Below, one piece after another: positions 1-14,499 of a stretch of DNA of 64,000 nt. Every line of letters starts with the position of its first letter. Position 1 is the first letter of the stretch. The notes beneath the pieces were generated by a model. It was given only the letters and a program-made list of their open reading frames with translations, searched no databases and was not told where the DNA came from. The position numbers and the translations under genes are program-made. This stretch comes from Vicugna vicugna. Its lineage: Eukaryota. The stretch spans positions 2,356,001-2,420,000 of the forward strand of contig MU058213.1 in assembly GCA_013265495.1 (NCBI GenBank). Reading direction: 5' to 3'.

Positions 1-1500
1 CCAAGTTCCTCTTGTCCAAAGCATTACAGAGTCAACGAGGCACATGAGAAATCACACCACTGGCCCCAGACCCACACAACTCAGAACCCATTATCTCCTC
101 TGAAGTAACGGCATTTCTTGATCAAAGGTGGATTCTCCCCTACTGGTTCTAGTCATGAGCAGTTTTGGTGTATACACAAACAAAACAGCGATAATAGTAG
201 TAGTAGCCTTGATTTCAGTTTGACTAAGATGTCAGTTGCCCAAAGTCCACAAACTTTGAATTTAAATTCATTTAGAGGAAACCTCACACAAGGTTAAGTT
301 TTGCTTTAGCCAAGTTCAAGCCTACTGACTCCACATGCTTGTACTTGTCCTTGCCAAGCATGTGATCCCAGTGATAATAGAAGCAGGCTGGCGAGCCCCT
401 TTATCTTTGTTCAGCTGTTCAGTTCCCAGGCCTTGGGTAACCTTCATTACTCCAGTGGGGCCAAAATATTTCCTTTCCACCACCTTATTTTCTTGCTGAG
501 GCAAATAGTAACCTGCCATGGAAAAATAAACTATAGATCATCCTGCGAAGAGAAACAGACTAAAGAGGGGGAAAAATGCTTCAAAACAAACCCAAGAGGA
601 ACAGAATCCACAGTACCCTGTCTAGCATCAGTAGCAGTCTCTGATTTGCCCAGCTAGTACCCATAAACACAATAAACCAGAGATCTGTGGTTTTGAGATG
701 AGTCTTCCCTGGTGTCAAATCTTCTTTCCTGTGCTCCTAATATCAGCTGTAGTCTTGAGTTACTGAACTTAAGACAATAAGACACTTTGCTCTCATGTGC
801 TAGTTCATCAACTAAGCTCCTTTGTGTTCTTTACTTTAAAATCATATTCCATGGCATAATGACCAGTAATCTTTGAAATTCCATCTCTCCATCAACTTTC
901 CTTTATGTGGAATTCCAACTTGCTGATCGAAACAGAATATTACTTTCTTTAACCTAGACTAGTGTTTCATACCTTAATGGAGGATTCTTTGGTAAATCTG
1001 ATATAGAGCACAGAATTTAGGCCAGAGACCTAAGTGAATCTCAACCTCCCTATAAAGCCTGAATATAGATATTGGAATCATACCATTATCTTACTGGCTT
1101 TGGCAGTGAGTCAACTTGGGAGCTCAAGTGAAGCGAGGGTGATAGCTCCAGCTGGGTGGGTTTGGGTGTACCAAGCCACCAACTTTCAAGGAGTAGAATT
1201 TTGAGGGAAAGTGGAAGCAGAGAAGAGAAAGGAGAATCAGATGCTTACCTTAGTGTATAAGTACATGGAAACCATATTTTAATGCAAAATGATCCCAGAC
1301 TGTTAAAGCTGACCCAACATCCCAAACTTGACCAATTGGAATAAGATTCTCTTCCCTTGTGAAGAAGTGAGGATGGAATTGTACAGAGAAGCTGTCAGAG
1401 AAAAAGAGGCACCTTATCCCCATGAAGCCTGTTGTGGCCCAAGAACTGTTACATTCCACAAAGAGATATACAGAAACTGAGGGTAAGGGTTTAGGAAAAT
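1..1500 (-). mobile_element. Possible highly decayed LTR-retroelement internal (integrase-like) remnant
   Basis: The minus strand near 878-920 reads ...EFHI... followed by LMERWN in a shifted frame, resembling the ERV integrase FHIPY...GLIERWN motif. No intact ORF. Confidence 0.25.
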
Positions 1501-3894
1501 GTGACAGTGATTTGACATCGCTCCAACATTCAGATCCATTATCAGTGGGCTCATCTGATTAATAGGGGTATGAATCATATGGTACAGCCTGCATACTCGT
1601 TAGCGCAGTAAGACCACAGAGTAGTCTATCATGGATAGGATTTTTGAAAAACTAAATTTTGCCCTTCACCGTAGTTTGAGAATCAGTAACAGAACCTGCT
1701 TTTAGTGCCTAAAATAATGTCTGCCATCTACAGGGTTTCTCTTCCCCTACCCTTAGACTCATGGTTTGCCCTTTACTCAATGTAGATGTTTATCCTTTTC
1801 TTTGCTTCTGTTTTTATACTGTCCTTCATTTCAACCTCATAGAATCATCAATTTAAATGACCTGAAAAGAATCTTAACGGACAGGCAGACTAACATTCTT
1901 TTTAGCCACAATCTTCAAATTGTAGTGTTTTTCCCTCTGTTAAACTTCATAGTATCTGCTTCCAATGATGTATAAGAAAGTATTTCCCACCTTTTTGGTA
2001 GCATCTGTAAGTCGCACTGTGGACTGCTGGCCTCTGGAAGACATGAGCCAAGTGCAGGGAAGGGATTATTTTCTTCCATCGAGCTTGATACCTTTTGACT
2101 TGGGCTGTCTTTTCTGGCTTTCTGCTTCAGTCTTTGTGAGTTTGGGATCTGGCTTTGGCCCTGTAGCCAAATCACATTTTATACTCTCTCCTTTAAACCT
2201 TATTTACATTTTATAATAATGTTTCTACAAATATGGGATATAAAAATGTAGTTGGAGTAATTGTTGAAAGACGTAGCCCTTTATCAGACAGTTCTTAGGG
2301 AGAAAATAATTCTTATAATTCATATCCACAGTAAGACCAGAGATAATGGGAAGAAACCATTTAGGTCTAGAGAGTTACCTTTCATGAAAGTTTCATATTG
2401 AAGAATAGATTTAATATTACCAATAGTAACTTAAGCTACAAATATGGTATGGATTGACTATTTGAAAACTGAGTATCATATCTAGAATTAAATTTTTGGT
2501 TCCCCATGCATCATGATTTCCACTTTATTCTATGTAGCAAGAAGATGAAAGTTTTATAGAAGATTCTTTACAGTGCTGTAAAAAGTAGTAGGGAAGCTAC
2601 CAATGAAGAACTGTTAAGTTAAGGTGAAGAAAGTTGAATAGTTTTTATCAAATTAATGCTGGTAGTACTGACTGATATTACTCAACTATCTTAAGCTGGC
2701 GAACTGGATATGTGCTTGGATTGCCCGACTCTAAGATCACAAAGGAATACTTTCCTCTGGTGATAGCCTAGAAATCTGAAAACCTAAAATGTTCCAAAGG
2801 CATTCTGAAGGAAGATCTTCAAAACTATTTGTATCTAGCTTCAGTCTGTTACTGAAGAACCATCCCTGCAGACAGTGATAAGTACTAGAGTGGAGGTAAA
2901 TTCCACGTTGAGCAGAGGCACAAAGGGAGGAATGATTGGTTTCATTAGACTGAGACCTGAAAGTCTTCACAAAGGATCAGACTTATTAGCTGTGTCTTAA
3001 ATATTAAATGATTTAGTGGAGTGAGAGAGATGTATTTAGAAAAAAAATTGAAAGTAGATTCATAGCTTTTAAAAAGTATAAAAATAATCTTAAAATGTAT
3101 GACTTTTTTTTTCGTACAATGATCTATGAAGTACAGACTATGCATTTCCATTAGATGGATTTTTACGTCCGATTCAGTTGGTTTCTTTTGTCTTGTTTTT
3201 GTTTCTGAAGTAACATGCTAATAAGAAAGTTAGAAAGAAAGCAAATCAAAGTATTTTCCTATGTTGAATTTAAAATTTTCTTTCTTTGATTCATTATCCA
3301 TTTGCTCTCTAGTTTAAATTGATTTCACTTGAAGTAGATAGAGAAAATAAAAAAAATTGGTATATACTTGACATTTGAAAAATTACATCTTACACAGAAT
3401 AATTGTGTGGAATCAGTCAAATATAGCAATACTAAAATATTCTCCTCAATTTTACAGCATGTTTTAGGATTTTAAAAACAAATTTATCTCTATATTACAC
3501 AATATAGCTTTTCTCAAGGGGAATAATTTATGATATTTATATTGTAACTGAGAATAAATCCACACCCACTTTTGGAAAAATTAATTATGCATTGGTAATA
3601 AGGATGGATCAGTCTCCATATAAGAACAATTTAATACCTTTAAGATTCTGGAGAAAACGTCTTATTTTGTTGAAAAAGAGCATCTTTGACTTTAAAATTA
3701 CTTAGTGCACATTGCCCTTAGTTACCAAACTATTATCATCTGTGGCACCCGTTAATAACAAACATGGCTGGTGCCATTTTTACACACATAGAGTTGGTAT
3801 GGTGTTTTTACATATAAAGTATGTATACAAAGGGATTCATAAATTGTACAGAATACAAAATTAAAGCAAAATTGTAATTATCTCCAGATTTTTT

Positions 3895-4560
3895 TTCTGT
3901 TTCTGTCCATCACTACTTCCTTCCTCTGACCTGGACATCTCCCGAAGTCTCCCATATGGCATCCATCCCTACCTTCATTCTTGCCCCGCACCAAAGTGTT
4001 CTCCGTACCATGGGCTATTTCCAAATGCAGTTGTGAGTTGTTTAAAATTCCTTAATGGACTTTCCATTGCTCTTAAAAATCAAAATAAAAAAACCCCATA
4101 AAATGACCTGACCCTTTTCTCGAACTCTATAGTTAGTCCTGCTCTTTGCATTCCAGTCATGCTGAATTTCCAGTTTCTAAAATGTGTCTAGCTCACTTTA
4201 CCACTGGTCTTTTGTCTCATACTCTCTCTGCTCAGAGTGGTCTGCCTGTTTTTCTCTTTGCATAGTTAACTCCTGTTCATCCATCAAATTTCAGGCAGCA
4301 TGTTCTCAAGGAAAACCTTTTCTGACTTTGTAATGATAGGATTTTCTTCTGTAGTAAGTTGTTATGGTACCAGGTGTGACTTAATCTCACCCAGCTGTGC
4401 TTTTCCTTTGTCAGTGTAGTGACTGGGTCAATGTCTTCTTTCTCCACTAGACAGTGAGGGCCACCAGGATGCAGGTTGTGTATTTTTATTTACCAGTGGT
4501 TCCCCAGTATCTAGCAGAGTACGCCTGTGCATATTAGGACTCAATAAACACTTGTTTAAT
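3895..4560 (+). mobile_element. LINE-2 3' fragment
   Basis: L2 3' end hallmarks: ccactagacagtgaggg...ccccagtatctagcagagt...ctcaataaacacttgtttaat. Confidence 0.8.
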
Positions 4561-5004
4561 CTTCTTACATCATTTAAACTAAGTAGAAAGTCATTACAAT
4601 GGAAATTAATTTCAATAGCATAAGAAGACACAAACTGACCTTGTTTGGGATAAATCCCCAATTTTAGGAATTTTCCAGTTGCAATGTGTATAAAAGCAAA
4701 ATACTTGCTGAACGTTCATCTCAAAAACTAGAAACAGGCACATAGTAACTGTATAAGGATATTTATCATTCTCAAAATCTGTATAATTGGAATAAGATTT
4801 TATGCTAATGATGATGGAATACAGTAAACTACACTTATTTTGAATTTTTTTGTGAGTGGTAATTTGCTAAACAACTTTAAAATATTTACTTTTCATAAAT
4901 GAAAGTGTGAATGAGAGTCAAAATCAGGTTACCTGACTCCAGAGCCTAAGCCTTTAATTATACTCCTGCTTCACGGTGGCAGTTTTATGTGTATCATATT
5001 GGCC

Positions 5005-5120
5005 ATCATTTGTCAAGCGTCTGTTACGTGCCAGGCACTCTGCTGTGAGCTTTATGCATGTGGTCTCCTTGGAGCCTTGTTGCTGGTTAGTTATGTATCG
5101 TGATCCCTGTCTATTAGAAA
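5005..5120 (-). mobile_element. MIR SINE fragment
   Basis: catttgtcaagcgtctgttacgtgccaggcactctgct...gctttatgcatg resembles the antisense MIR 3' part. Confidence 0.6.
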
Positions 5121-6462
5121 CCCTCTGTAGTTGCATGTACTAGAATTTAAAATCGACTGTCATAAAGGAGAAATCACTAATGTTTCAATATTACTGTCTT
5201 TTCCAAAGGAGAGTTTTTCTCAGGAAGCAGCGTAAGTTCACACTTCCGTTGTAGAGTTTACAAATTCTCTAGCAACAAGGCCTGTATTGATGTAATGCTC
5301 TTTTGATGCAACTACATGAAAAATCAGGATTGTTCATGATTTGAAAGTTCGTTTGGGCTAAATTATATTAAAAATCAATTATCACTAGAAAAGTTACCTG
5401 CACCCAGTAAATAAATAAATATCCAGGGCATCCCATTAGTTAGTATGAGTACTGGTCATCTATTCTTATGTATGAAAAGCTCATTTTCTTTGTCCTGCTG
5501 GTCAGTGTCTGGAATCTGGGTAGAACGTATAAAAGTGGTTTGGGAAATTTTTTCCTCTCCTCACCCAGAAAATAAACATTCCCTCAGCACACGAGGGAGA
5601 AATGAGTTGGAGGATGTGGGTGTTGAGCTTGCCTGTTCACATTCTATTTAGAATTTCTTTTCTTGTAAAGCGAGCTCTCTGATGTTACCATTTAAAAAAA
5701 TTCAATTTATTTTAATAGCTCTTTCAAGAAAAACAGCACCTTCTTAGCACCCGTTAACTACTGTATCTTTTATAACTATTAGGGAAATGAACTCCATAGT
5801 AGTAACTAGTTCAATAGAAGTTATTAGGAAATTTCAAGAGGATATTAAGGTGTGGAGCTATGTCAACAGAGGCAGAATGAAGGAGGCAGTTGAGGCAATT
5901 TTCCAGGTATTTTGGGCAAATGGAAACAAGATAATTAAGAGGAAAATTGAATTATTTAACTCAATAGGTTTTCTGTTCATGAGTTAATATTACTTGCAGC
6001 AAAGTGTATCAGACCATGTACAGGTGAAGTTTTCACTGTCCTCCGCGGCTGCTTCATTGTGGCATCTTTATTTTTGGATGCCACTAGATACATATTTCAG
6101 TTAAAAACAATCTGTTTTGGAAAGAACACTGTTGCAGAGAAGGAACTGATTTAGAAAATTTGGGAGAAAATTTCTAAAAATTTAATGTAGTATTTCAGGG
6201 TCTTTTTAGCCATGTTTTTGCACTTGTCAGAAGGCTTAGGGGCCAGACCTGATTCTACAGACCTCTGTGGAAATGTCCATTGCGGCAGTGCCTCACTCCT
6301 TCGGGTTATAGTGTGCTGTGTAAGTTTGGCGAGACCAAAACTTCAGTATTCTGGTCTGTGCGGGTGGCTACAACAACTGCACTTGTGAATGTGTATTTCT
6401 AGCTATGTAACTAAAGAGAGACAGAGAGACTTTAACCATATGAATTGAATCATGTGAACTCT

Positions 6463-6782
6463 TGCTACAGGTTTAATGTCTGTGTCCCCTTAAAATTCGT
6501 ATGTTGAGACCTAATCTCCAATGTGGGAGTATTTGGAGGTGGGGGTTTTGCAAGGGCGTTAGGTCCTGAGGTTAAGTAATTGTACTTATGAAAGAAACCC
6601 CAGAGAGAACCCTCAACATGTGAGGTTACAGGGAAAAAACCCAACTGTCTGTGAATTCAAAATCTGCCAACTCCTTGATCTTGGACTTCACAACCTCCAG
6701 AACTATGAGAAATAAATTTCTGTGGCTTACAAGCCACCCATTGTGTGGTATATTATTAAAGTAGCCCACGAGCATTAAGATA
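6463..6782 (+). mobile_element. MaLR solo LTR (MLT1A-like)
   Basis: Starts tgctacaggtttaatgtctgtgtcccc, contains ttggactt...ctccagaactatgagaaataaatttctg, and ends ttaagata. Approximate 5-bp TSD actct/cctct. Confidence 0.85.
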
Positions 6783-6879
6783 CCTCTGTTACAGTGATGA
6801 CCTGCTGCTGCACAGTAAGTGGCACAGCAAGACTCTAACTTAAGACCTACGACCTTGAAAGCTGTTGCTTTTTAAAAAG

Positions 6880-9800
6880 TTTATTTAAAAAATAGGCAAT
6901 ACATATACACATAAATACAGACAGCACCAAAAGTGCATAGTGATAAGAAAATCTCCCAAACGTATACTCCTGGTCTTCCATTCATTTTCCTTAGAGACAA
7001 CCATTGTTCCCCTATGTGTCCTTCCAGTGATACCCTGTGCACTACAGGCATCTTGATGTATGTCATTGTGTGTGTAAAAACATGGTAGAACGCCACATAC
7101 ACTATCCTGCATTTATCTTAACTTTACGTATCTTTACGTATCGTTACATATCTTTACTATCAGAGAGGATCTTGCCTACTGACAGATAGAGGACTACCTT
7201 ACATTTTCCAGAGTCTCTGTAGTGTTCCATTTTATACTGTATCATAATAGCCATGGGTGGCATTTAGATTGTTTCCAGTCTTGTTTTATTACTAACAATG
7301 CTGCCAAGAGTATTATTTTTACATACGCCATTTAGTAATTGTGTTTTAGGTGTCTCTTTCTGCATAAAGTAGAGTTGAGTTCTGCTTTTTGACCTAATAT
7401 TTAAGCCATTTAGACTTTTATTGATAGAACTGGCTATGTTCCATCATCTGAAAAAAGATTTTCATTTTCTCTGTTTGTAACCTATGATTTCTTTCTGTTT
7501 CTAGTCTGTATTTCTCTAGCAATCGTTTATCTTTTTAATCTGTAATTAACCCCTAGAATTTGGAACATTAATAATTCTCCCTGATAAACAATGATAGAAT
7601 TAGTTTAGTACACAGTAGTTTAGTCCTTTAATTTTTTTTCTTCTTTACCACCCAAGTGTGATTTGAATGATTCTTTTAAATAACTTCTGAACTTGTACTT
7701 AGGTTTAAATGCTAGCCTGGCCCATGATTATAAAAATAATGATTTCAGCCAGCTTAAACTCCTTCTCACCTTCTGTTTCACTTCTCCCATTTTTTGGTCA
7801 GTTACACCATTTTTGCACCATCAGGGCTTATATTTACATTCTTTTCTGCAATCATTATAGTCTTTGTATAACAGGTAAAAGGAATCAATGTTCCCTCCTG
7901 TTTCTTCTGCCATAGTTTCTCCATTCACCTCTTAATTTGTTGAAATTCATCTTCTGTTTCATGAAGGATACATGTAACTATTCTCTGAATTCACAGCATT
8001 TTTTAAAAAGTTTATGTATTGCCTTTATCATTGAACCATACTTTAACTGGTTTATTAACTGGAACTCAATGCAACAAACAAAAGCCACTTATAAGTATTT
8101 TAAGTAGTCTTCAAAAATGTCTTGCAGAAAAATACAAAAATTACCTGACAACAAGGTTATTACCTCTGAGGCAGCCACTGCAAATGCTGAATTACATCCA
8201 TAAACCTATAACAGCAATTTAGAGTTTAGGAAGCCAGAATTAAGAAATCACCACTGCTCCTGATACCATCTCACCTGCCTTTGAACTTAGAAACCTGAGG
8301 AATGAAAAATGAAATGTTGCTGCAGAAAAACCTCTTTCTACACTTGCTATAAAGAGGCATAAAATGAATTCTGCAGCACTTCTCCTTTCTAAATCTCATC
8401 TGAATCCATTTAATTGGTGGATCGTAATTTTAAATAATAGCTGTATCTGCAAGAGAGTCTTAGAAGTGGAGTTTTTATCATTCCTCATCCGCAGTCCTGG
8501 AATATATTCAAAATGGTAGATGGTATGGTGATCACATTAACCAACTTACAGAACCCATTATCTGAGTTAAAAAAATATTGGGCACATTTTTTATTTTCTT
8601 GAGGAACTTAGAAGCAATTCTATATTCTGAATGTTGCTGTGAAGGAATCTAAGGATAACTCCTTTCCCCTCTTTAGTGGTAACTTAATATCTCTGCTTAC
8701 TTAATCCAAGTATTCTTTATCTTTAGGTTCAGTAATTTTAGTAAGATATACCTCAATATTAGTTATTCTGTGTTTCTTTATTCTGGAACATAATGTCTCT
8801 TCAACATGTTTTTAAACCTTCATTTATTTCTAGAATGTTATAATACAATATAACCTTATAATACATTATAATTATTATTACTACAGTAGTTCCCCCTTAT
8901 CTGTGGTTTTGTTTCCATGGTTTCAGTTACCAGGGGTCAACCAAGGTCCACAAATGTTAAATGGAGAATTCCAGAAATAACCAATTTAAAAGTTTACATT
9001 GTGCACCTCTCTGAGAAGCATGATAAAATACTGTGTCTTCTCACTTTATCCCATCTGGAATCACCAACCACTAATAATGTCTGCTCCTGACACCCAGCCA
9101 TGGACATGGTCATGGTTGAAGGATCATCTGAAGCAGGTGATCCTCCTCCTGACATATCAGAAGGTCAACAGTAGCCTAAGACTGCGTCATTCACCTCACT
9201 TCAGCTCATTATATAAGCATTTTATCACATCAGATCAACACAAGAAGGGTGAGCACAGTGCAATAAGACATTTTGAGGGGGCGAGAGACGACATTCACAT
9301 GTCTTTTATTACAGTATATTGTTATAATTGTTCTGTTGTCAGTTATTACCATGCGTAATTTATATTGTTTTATCACAGGTATGTATGTACAGAGAAAAAA
9401 CATGGTATGCATAGGGTTTGGTTTTGTTTGCAGTTTCAGGATATCCATTGGGGGTCTTAAGAATGTATCCCTCATGGAGAGACCACTGCATTATTAGTAT
9501 TTCAGTCCTTTACATTTGCAGTGTTGAGTATGCTTGGATGGGATCTCTTTGTTGGCCTTCCTGCCTACCTTTTCATTTGTAATTTTTTTGTAGGCTGAAA
9601 TTATTTCTACTGTAATTTTTGCTCACTCTTCTCAATCTTACCCTCTTTGACTCGTTCTCTTTTTTTTTAGCAGTGCCTGTTCTTCTTTTGTTCTGGTCAT
9701 TTCTATCATCATTTTTCTTTGCTTCCTTCCTGCTTTAGCTCTACTTCCAGTGATCCATCACGGGGTGCCATCTAACAGTATTTTCTCTGAGCTTGTGTGT

Positions 9801-10600
9801 GTTTGCTAAGAAGTCTTGCCATATAGAGGCAGTTGTTTCCATGTATTTCTTAAATGCGAGATAACGTACTTGCCACAAGTTTGATTTCTTCGGGAGAAAC
9901 TTTTTATATGTGGTAATATCCTTTCTTGTCATTTGTTTTTCCTGTTCGTTTTTCAACTTTATTTTTGTAGTGTCTGAGTCAATCCCATGTTAGTGTTTCA
10001 TTATTATTAACATTCAGTCATTTTAAAAGAGAGATGAGTCCATCTGGGGTCATCTACCAATAGAGGAGTACCCCAGGCAAGAAGAGATTCTCTGTGATTC
10101 ACAAGCAGTGCCCTGAGGAGAGGGCTGTGTATACATGAATTCTTAGCTTTTACATCTCTCCAGACACTTGAGACTAGCAGCTGCCAGACTGCTCACAATG
10201 TACCCTTTCTTCAGCATTTTATTCTTCAAATTATTACATCTGGGTAATTTCTCTTTTTGTTGGTTCTTCCTTGATTTACTTCCCCACAATGCAGTGTCCG
10301 TGCTGTGTATTTGTAGCACTGCAAAGGATTATTGGCTTTATTACCTGAAGTGGGTTATCTAATTTTGACCATTGTATCCTGTTAGTTTCATCTGGGAGCT
10401 GTAGCTGTAGGGGCTGTTCTTTCTGGGGTTTTTTTTGTTTTTGTTTTTGTTTTTTGTACCTTATTCAACCTTCACTGCATTTGGCAGCCCTTTCTCACGT
10501 GCTGTGATTTGAATTAGCATTATCTCTTTGTTTTACCCAAGATCAAATTTGCTTCTCTCTCTCATTAATTTCAGATGAGAAGAGAAAGGAGGCGATGTTA
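6880..10600 (-). mobile_element. Old fragmented antisense L1 (L1M-type) pieces interrupted by other insertions
   Basis: Antisense L1 3' UTR signature gggtggcatttagattgtttccagtctt...aacaatgctgc near 7255-7305, with T-rich degenerate L1-like sequence around the MER44 insertion. Confidence 0.55.
8884..9488 (+). mobile_element. MER44/Tigger7-family DNA transposon (TcMar-Tigger)
   Basis: TA followed by cagtagttcccccttatctgtgg...cagttacc...ggtcaacc; the right end is ggggtcttaagaatgtatccc...gaccactg. Confidence 0.85.
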
Positions 10601-11924
10601 CTTACTTTTATCCATTTTCAAAGTGGAAACCTAAGCAACTCAAAGCTCACATTCTCAGTTACTCTGCAACACTAGCAAACTACGTTAGCGATGCCCTGAG
10701 CCTGTTTTTCTAAATAGCCTTCCATCTTAGATTCATGACCATTAGAACTGGGGCTCCAGGTATTTACGAAGTTGTTTTGTTCTTCTTTATAAAATACTAA
10801 GTGAGGTCATATTTAACACATGACAAATGAGAAGAAAGTTTAAAGTTTGGGGCTTTTAGGAACAATTGCTTTTATAAAAGTTCTGGTCAGAGTCTTCACA
10901 TATCTCCTTAGGAATCTGAAATTCAGCCTCAACCCCCATTGGTCGGTGGTGATACGTGTGCCATGATAGTCACACTTCGTGACTCCCTTGTCTAAGAAGC
11001 GTGAGTATATAAGGCATGAGTTTATGACCATTACCTGGTATGTGTTGACACCATCCCATTGAGGAAATAACTTCTTTCCTTCAGAGGCTTACCCTTTTTA
11101 TGTTTTCCCTAAGCTCATCACTTTCCACACTGTCTTCCTCTCTCCCTTTTCCTCATCCACTTCTACCCAAGGAGCTTCCATCTGTGTTGAGTCACCTATC
11201 CACTATTCTGCTTTTCAGTGCTTCCTCTTGTTCCACGTACCAAAAATCCCTACACTGGCATCCTCTGGCCATTCAATCTCCTCTGCCATTGCTATTTTAC
11301 CCTTTACAAATAAACCAATTAGAGAACTAGATGATGTACTGGGATCTGCCATTATCTCCATTTTAATGATCAGGGAACTGAGGCAGTAAGAGGTGGAGTA
11401 ACCTACCCTTGCCTCAATATAAGGCCTTCTCTCTGGAGAAATTCAGCTTTCTGTGAGGATTTCCCTGTTACCTATGTAGTACTGATTCCTAAATGTGCTT
11501 ATCTGGACTTGATTTCTCTCTCCCACTTAGTTCTTCTTTATTTTTAATGAATTAAAATTGAGTTTTTAATACAAATGAAAAATTTTAAAGTACATTCATT
11601 TTATCTTCATACTAGTTTTATACAGAAAATGTATATTTTCTATGGTTTTATTCTTCTTTGTTTTGTAAGTGTTAAGACCCTGCTAAGACTGTTAAACTCT
11701 TCCATATTTGCTCCCAGACAGTATAAATTCTCTGCCTGGTCTTTCTTTATTCAAATTCAGTTTAATAATACAATTCACTGTGGATTTCTGCTCGCCATCC
11801 TATTTTCAGCCACTTCTAAGTCTAATCATATTTTCACACAGATGCTACCCGTGTGTGAACACTTTATCATGTCACGCCCTTGCTCAGAAGTTACAGTCGT
11901 TCTCCACTGAATATTGGAGAATAT

Positions 11925-12470
11925 CCTTTAATCGTCCATTTAACGAACAGTTATTAACCTCTTACACTGTTTCAGGCACTGGTATAACTTTCACAAGACA
12001 AACAAGATCCCACTGTTATAGAAATTACATCCTGATATATAGAGAGAAACAAATAAATAAACTGGTAATTATCAGATAATGTTAAGTGCTATGGAAAACA
12101 AGACAATGTGCTGGAGAGTGCCAGGGTAGCACTGTGGATTGTTTTTCAAGATAACGGTTGAATTAATACCTGGGTAATGAGATCCGGCCTAGCAGAAGGA
12201 ACAGACGTGGAGCCCAGCCCGATAGGGGAACAGAAAGAAGGCTAAGTTGAATTTGAAGAGGCAAAAACTAGAAGACTGAGGACCAAGTGGGCCTTCATAC
12301 GGGCATGGATTATATTCTAAGTGTAGTGGGAAGCAAAGAGGGGGTTTTAACTAGAGAGTGTAACTTACGTGTGCAGAGGTCACTCTGGAAGCGCCGTGTA
12401 AACCAGTCAAGAGACAGTGCGATAACCCAGACGACAGGGGAGTGATGATTTAGACTAGGGCAGTGATGGA
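11925..12470 (-). mobile_element. LINE-2 fragment
   Basis: catttaacgaacagttattaacctcttacactgtttcaggcactgg and downstream purine-rich antisense L2 sequence. Confidence 0.7.
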
Positions 12471-14499
12471 TGTCATTATATTTTGAAGGTCCTTTTAGTG
12501 TCTTTAGCCAAATCCAGCTTTATCAAGCTCACTTCTTGTTTTCCCTGACACATGCTTTTAATTTTCATTCTTTGTGGAGGGATAATTCCTCACTTATGAG
12601 AATAACATCATCTTCCATTTGTCAAATACTATTTATTTTTTAAGTACTTTGACAATTTTTGTGACCAGAAAAATATTGATCCATAATTTAATCATGAGAT
12701 GTCTGTAGTGTTAAATAGAAGTTTTTAACGCTGAAGCTGTTAAACACATAATGAAGAGTGAGGCTTTAAGGTACTTTTCTATTTGACTGCCATGTGAGAA
12801 TTTGATAATTTTGCTTGATTCTCTGGATTAAAACAAAATGATGCAAAACTCTCCCTTGAATCCAAATTGCTTCGAAGCTAGATTTTGAAATTTCAATGTG
12901 AACTCAGAGAAAAATGCCATGAGGTGCACTGATCATATATTGGAGTCAGGTGTGGAGTGAGGGGTTGAAATGAAGCGGACTGCTAAGAAAATTAAACAAA
13001 TATATTTTTAAAGCAACTTTAAACACTGGACACATTTATTGAGGAAAGGTTAAAAGAAGCTATCACACAAAAATCTTCAACTAAAGGAAACAAGAAATTA
13101 TGAGAGGATCCATAATTTAAGTCTCTCTCTATTCAGTCTGTCTTCCTTAATCAAAAACTGCATTTTGCTCCTGGTATTCCATGCACTGAGTTCAGTTAGC
13201 CCTTCAGGATGAAAGTGTTGTGTGTGTATGTGTTTATGATTTTTTGGTTCTTCCCCCCAAATCTTTGATGTTGCAATATAAGGAAGGTAGAAATTCAATC
13301 TTGATTGTTCTCCAGTTGGTAACTACTCCACAAACAACTCTGCCGGAGAAGGAAAAAACATATGCCTGCAGTAGGAGGCGTGTTTATATTCTACATCACT
13401 GTCTCAGTAGAAGCCTATTTGGCAGACAAAATGTCGATATGGAGACTGTCCTTTGACAACATAATGCAAACAACACTGTTTGAAGCGCTTGTTCCATTGC
13501 AGCTTGGATTTTGAATCAATGTATAAAAAATAACAATGGTTTTGAAGAGAGCCGTGGGTATGCCAATCCTTTATTCAGTAAACATTGAGCAGCCAACACT
13601 GAACTTTTGATCAGATAGGCAGAGTAATGGGAGGAGGGTAGAAGTAGCCCCTTGTGAACCACAGATGGATCAAGAAATACCCCCTTAATATGAAGGTTCA
13701 CAGATACAAAGTGCGTGAAACTTCCTATAATCCAAACTCCTTCTCTGAATACTCAGAATCCTCTCCTGCTTGCCCTGGAGTCTCCATACTCTTAGCAAAT
13801 CAAGCTCATGGCCATTCTCTTTGTGTTTCCTTTTCAGAGATGCTTATCAGTGTTATTTTAAGTTGCAGAGTATGAGAAGGTTTTACAAAAGTGGAGCCAA
13901 GGGAGTGAGGGCTGATGAGTACAGAGAGGACGTCTTGTTGCAGTTGCCTGAAATTGCTCAAATTAACCTGTTGCTTTGTAATACACTGAGGCAGAGGTAA
14001 ACTAAAATAAGCTGCACAGCTTGTGTGGTGCGGCCTGGTCTGATTTTGTCACGTGGCTGCCACCTTGCAGATGTGTATGTTCTGTCATTTCTCATAGTGT
14101 GGCATAGTCAGGGCCATCTTCTTTGTCTCATCCTAAACTCACCAATGCTATGAATACTTCCCTGTGAGCATTCAAGCAGACTGCGTTTGCTCATGGTGGG
14201 AAAGCTCACCTATGAATAAAGGATGAGGTTTATCTTTTCCTCACTAAAGGTATGACACACACTCATTTCTAAATAAAATTTAAACATCTTCCTCTTAAAT
14301 GTATTGCCAGGCTTTCAAGAAGGTAAGGAAAACCCTCATAAGTCTCACATGACATATGACTGCCATTCCAGAGACACAAACAAACATAAAATACCACCTT
14401 CCCCAGGGGCATCTGCTCATCCCAGAAACCTAGATCTTTAGCTTTGGAAGTGCAGGCCATGGGTAAAAAGGACCTGGGACCTCTAAAAATGAGACTTCG

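Noticed and set aside
7121..7160. About four copies of a 10-bp unit (tctttacgta), superficially array-like
   Set aside because: Slippage minisatellite within an old L1, with no spacers; not CRISPR-like.
8999..9497. Overlapping 74-119 aa ORFs
   Set aside because: They lie within the non-autonomous MER44 element and show no protein motif.
11575..12079. 111- and 123-aa ORFs
   Set aside because: Low-complexity AT-rich composition, overlap with L2, no recognisable domain or splice support.
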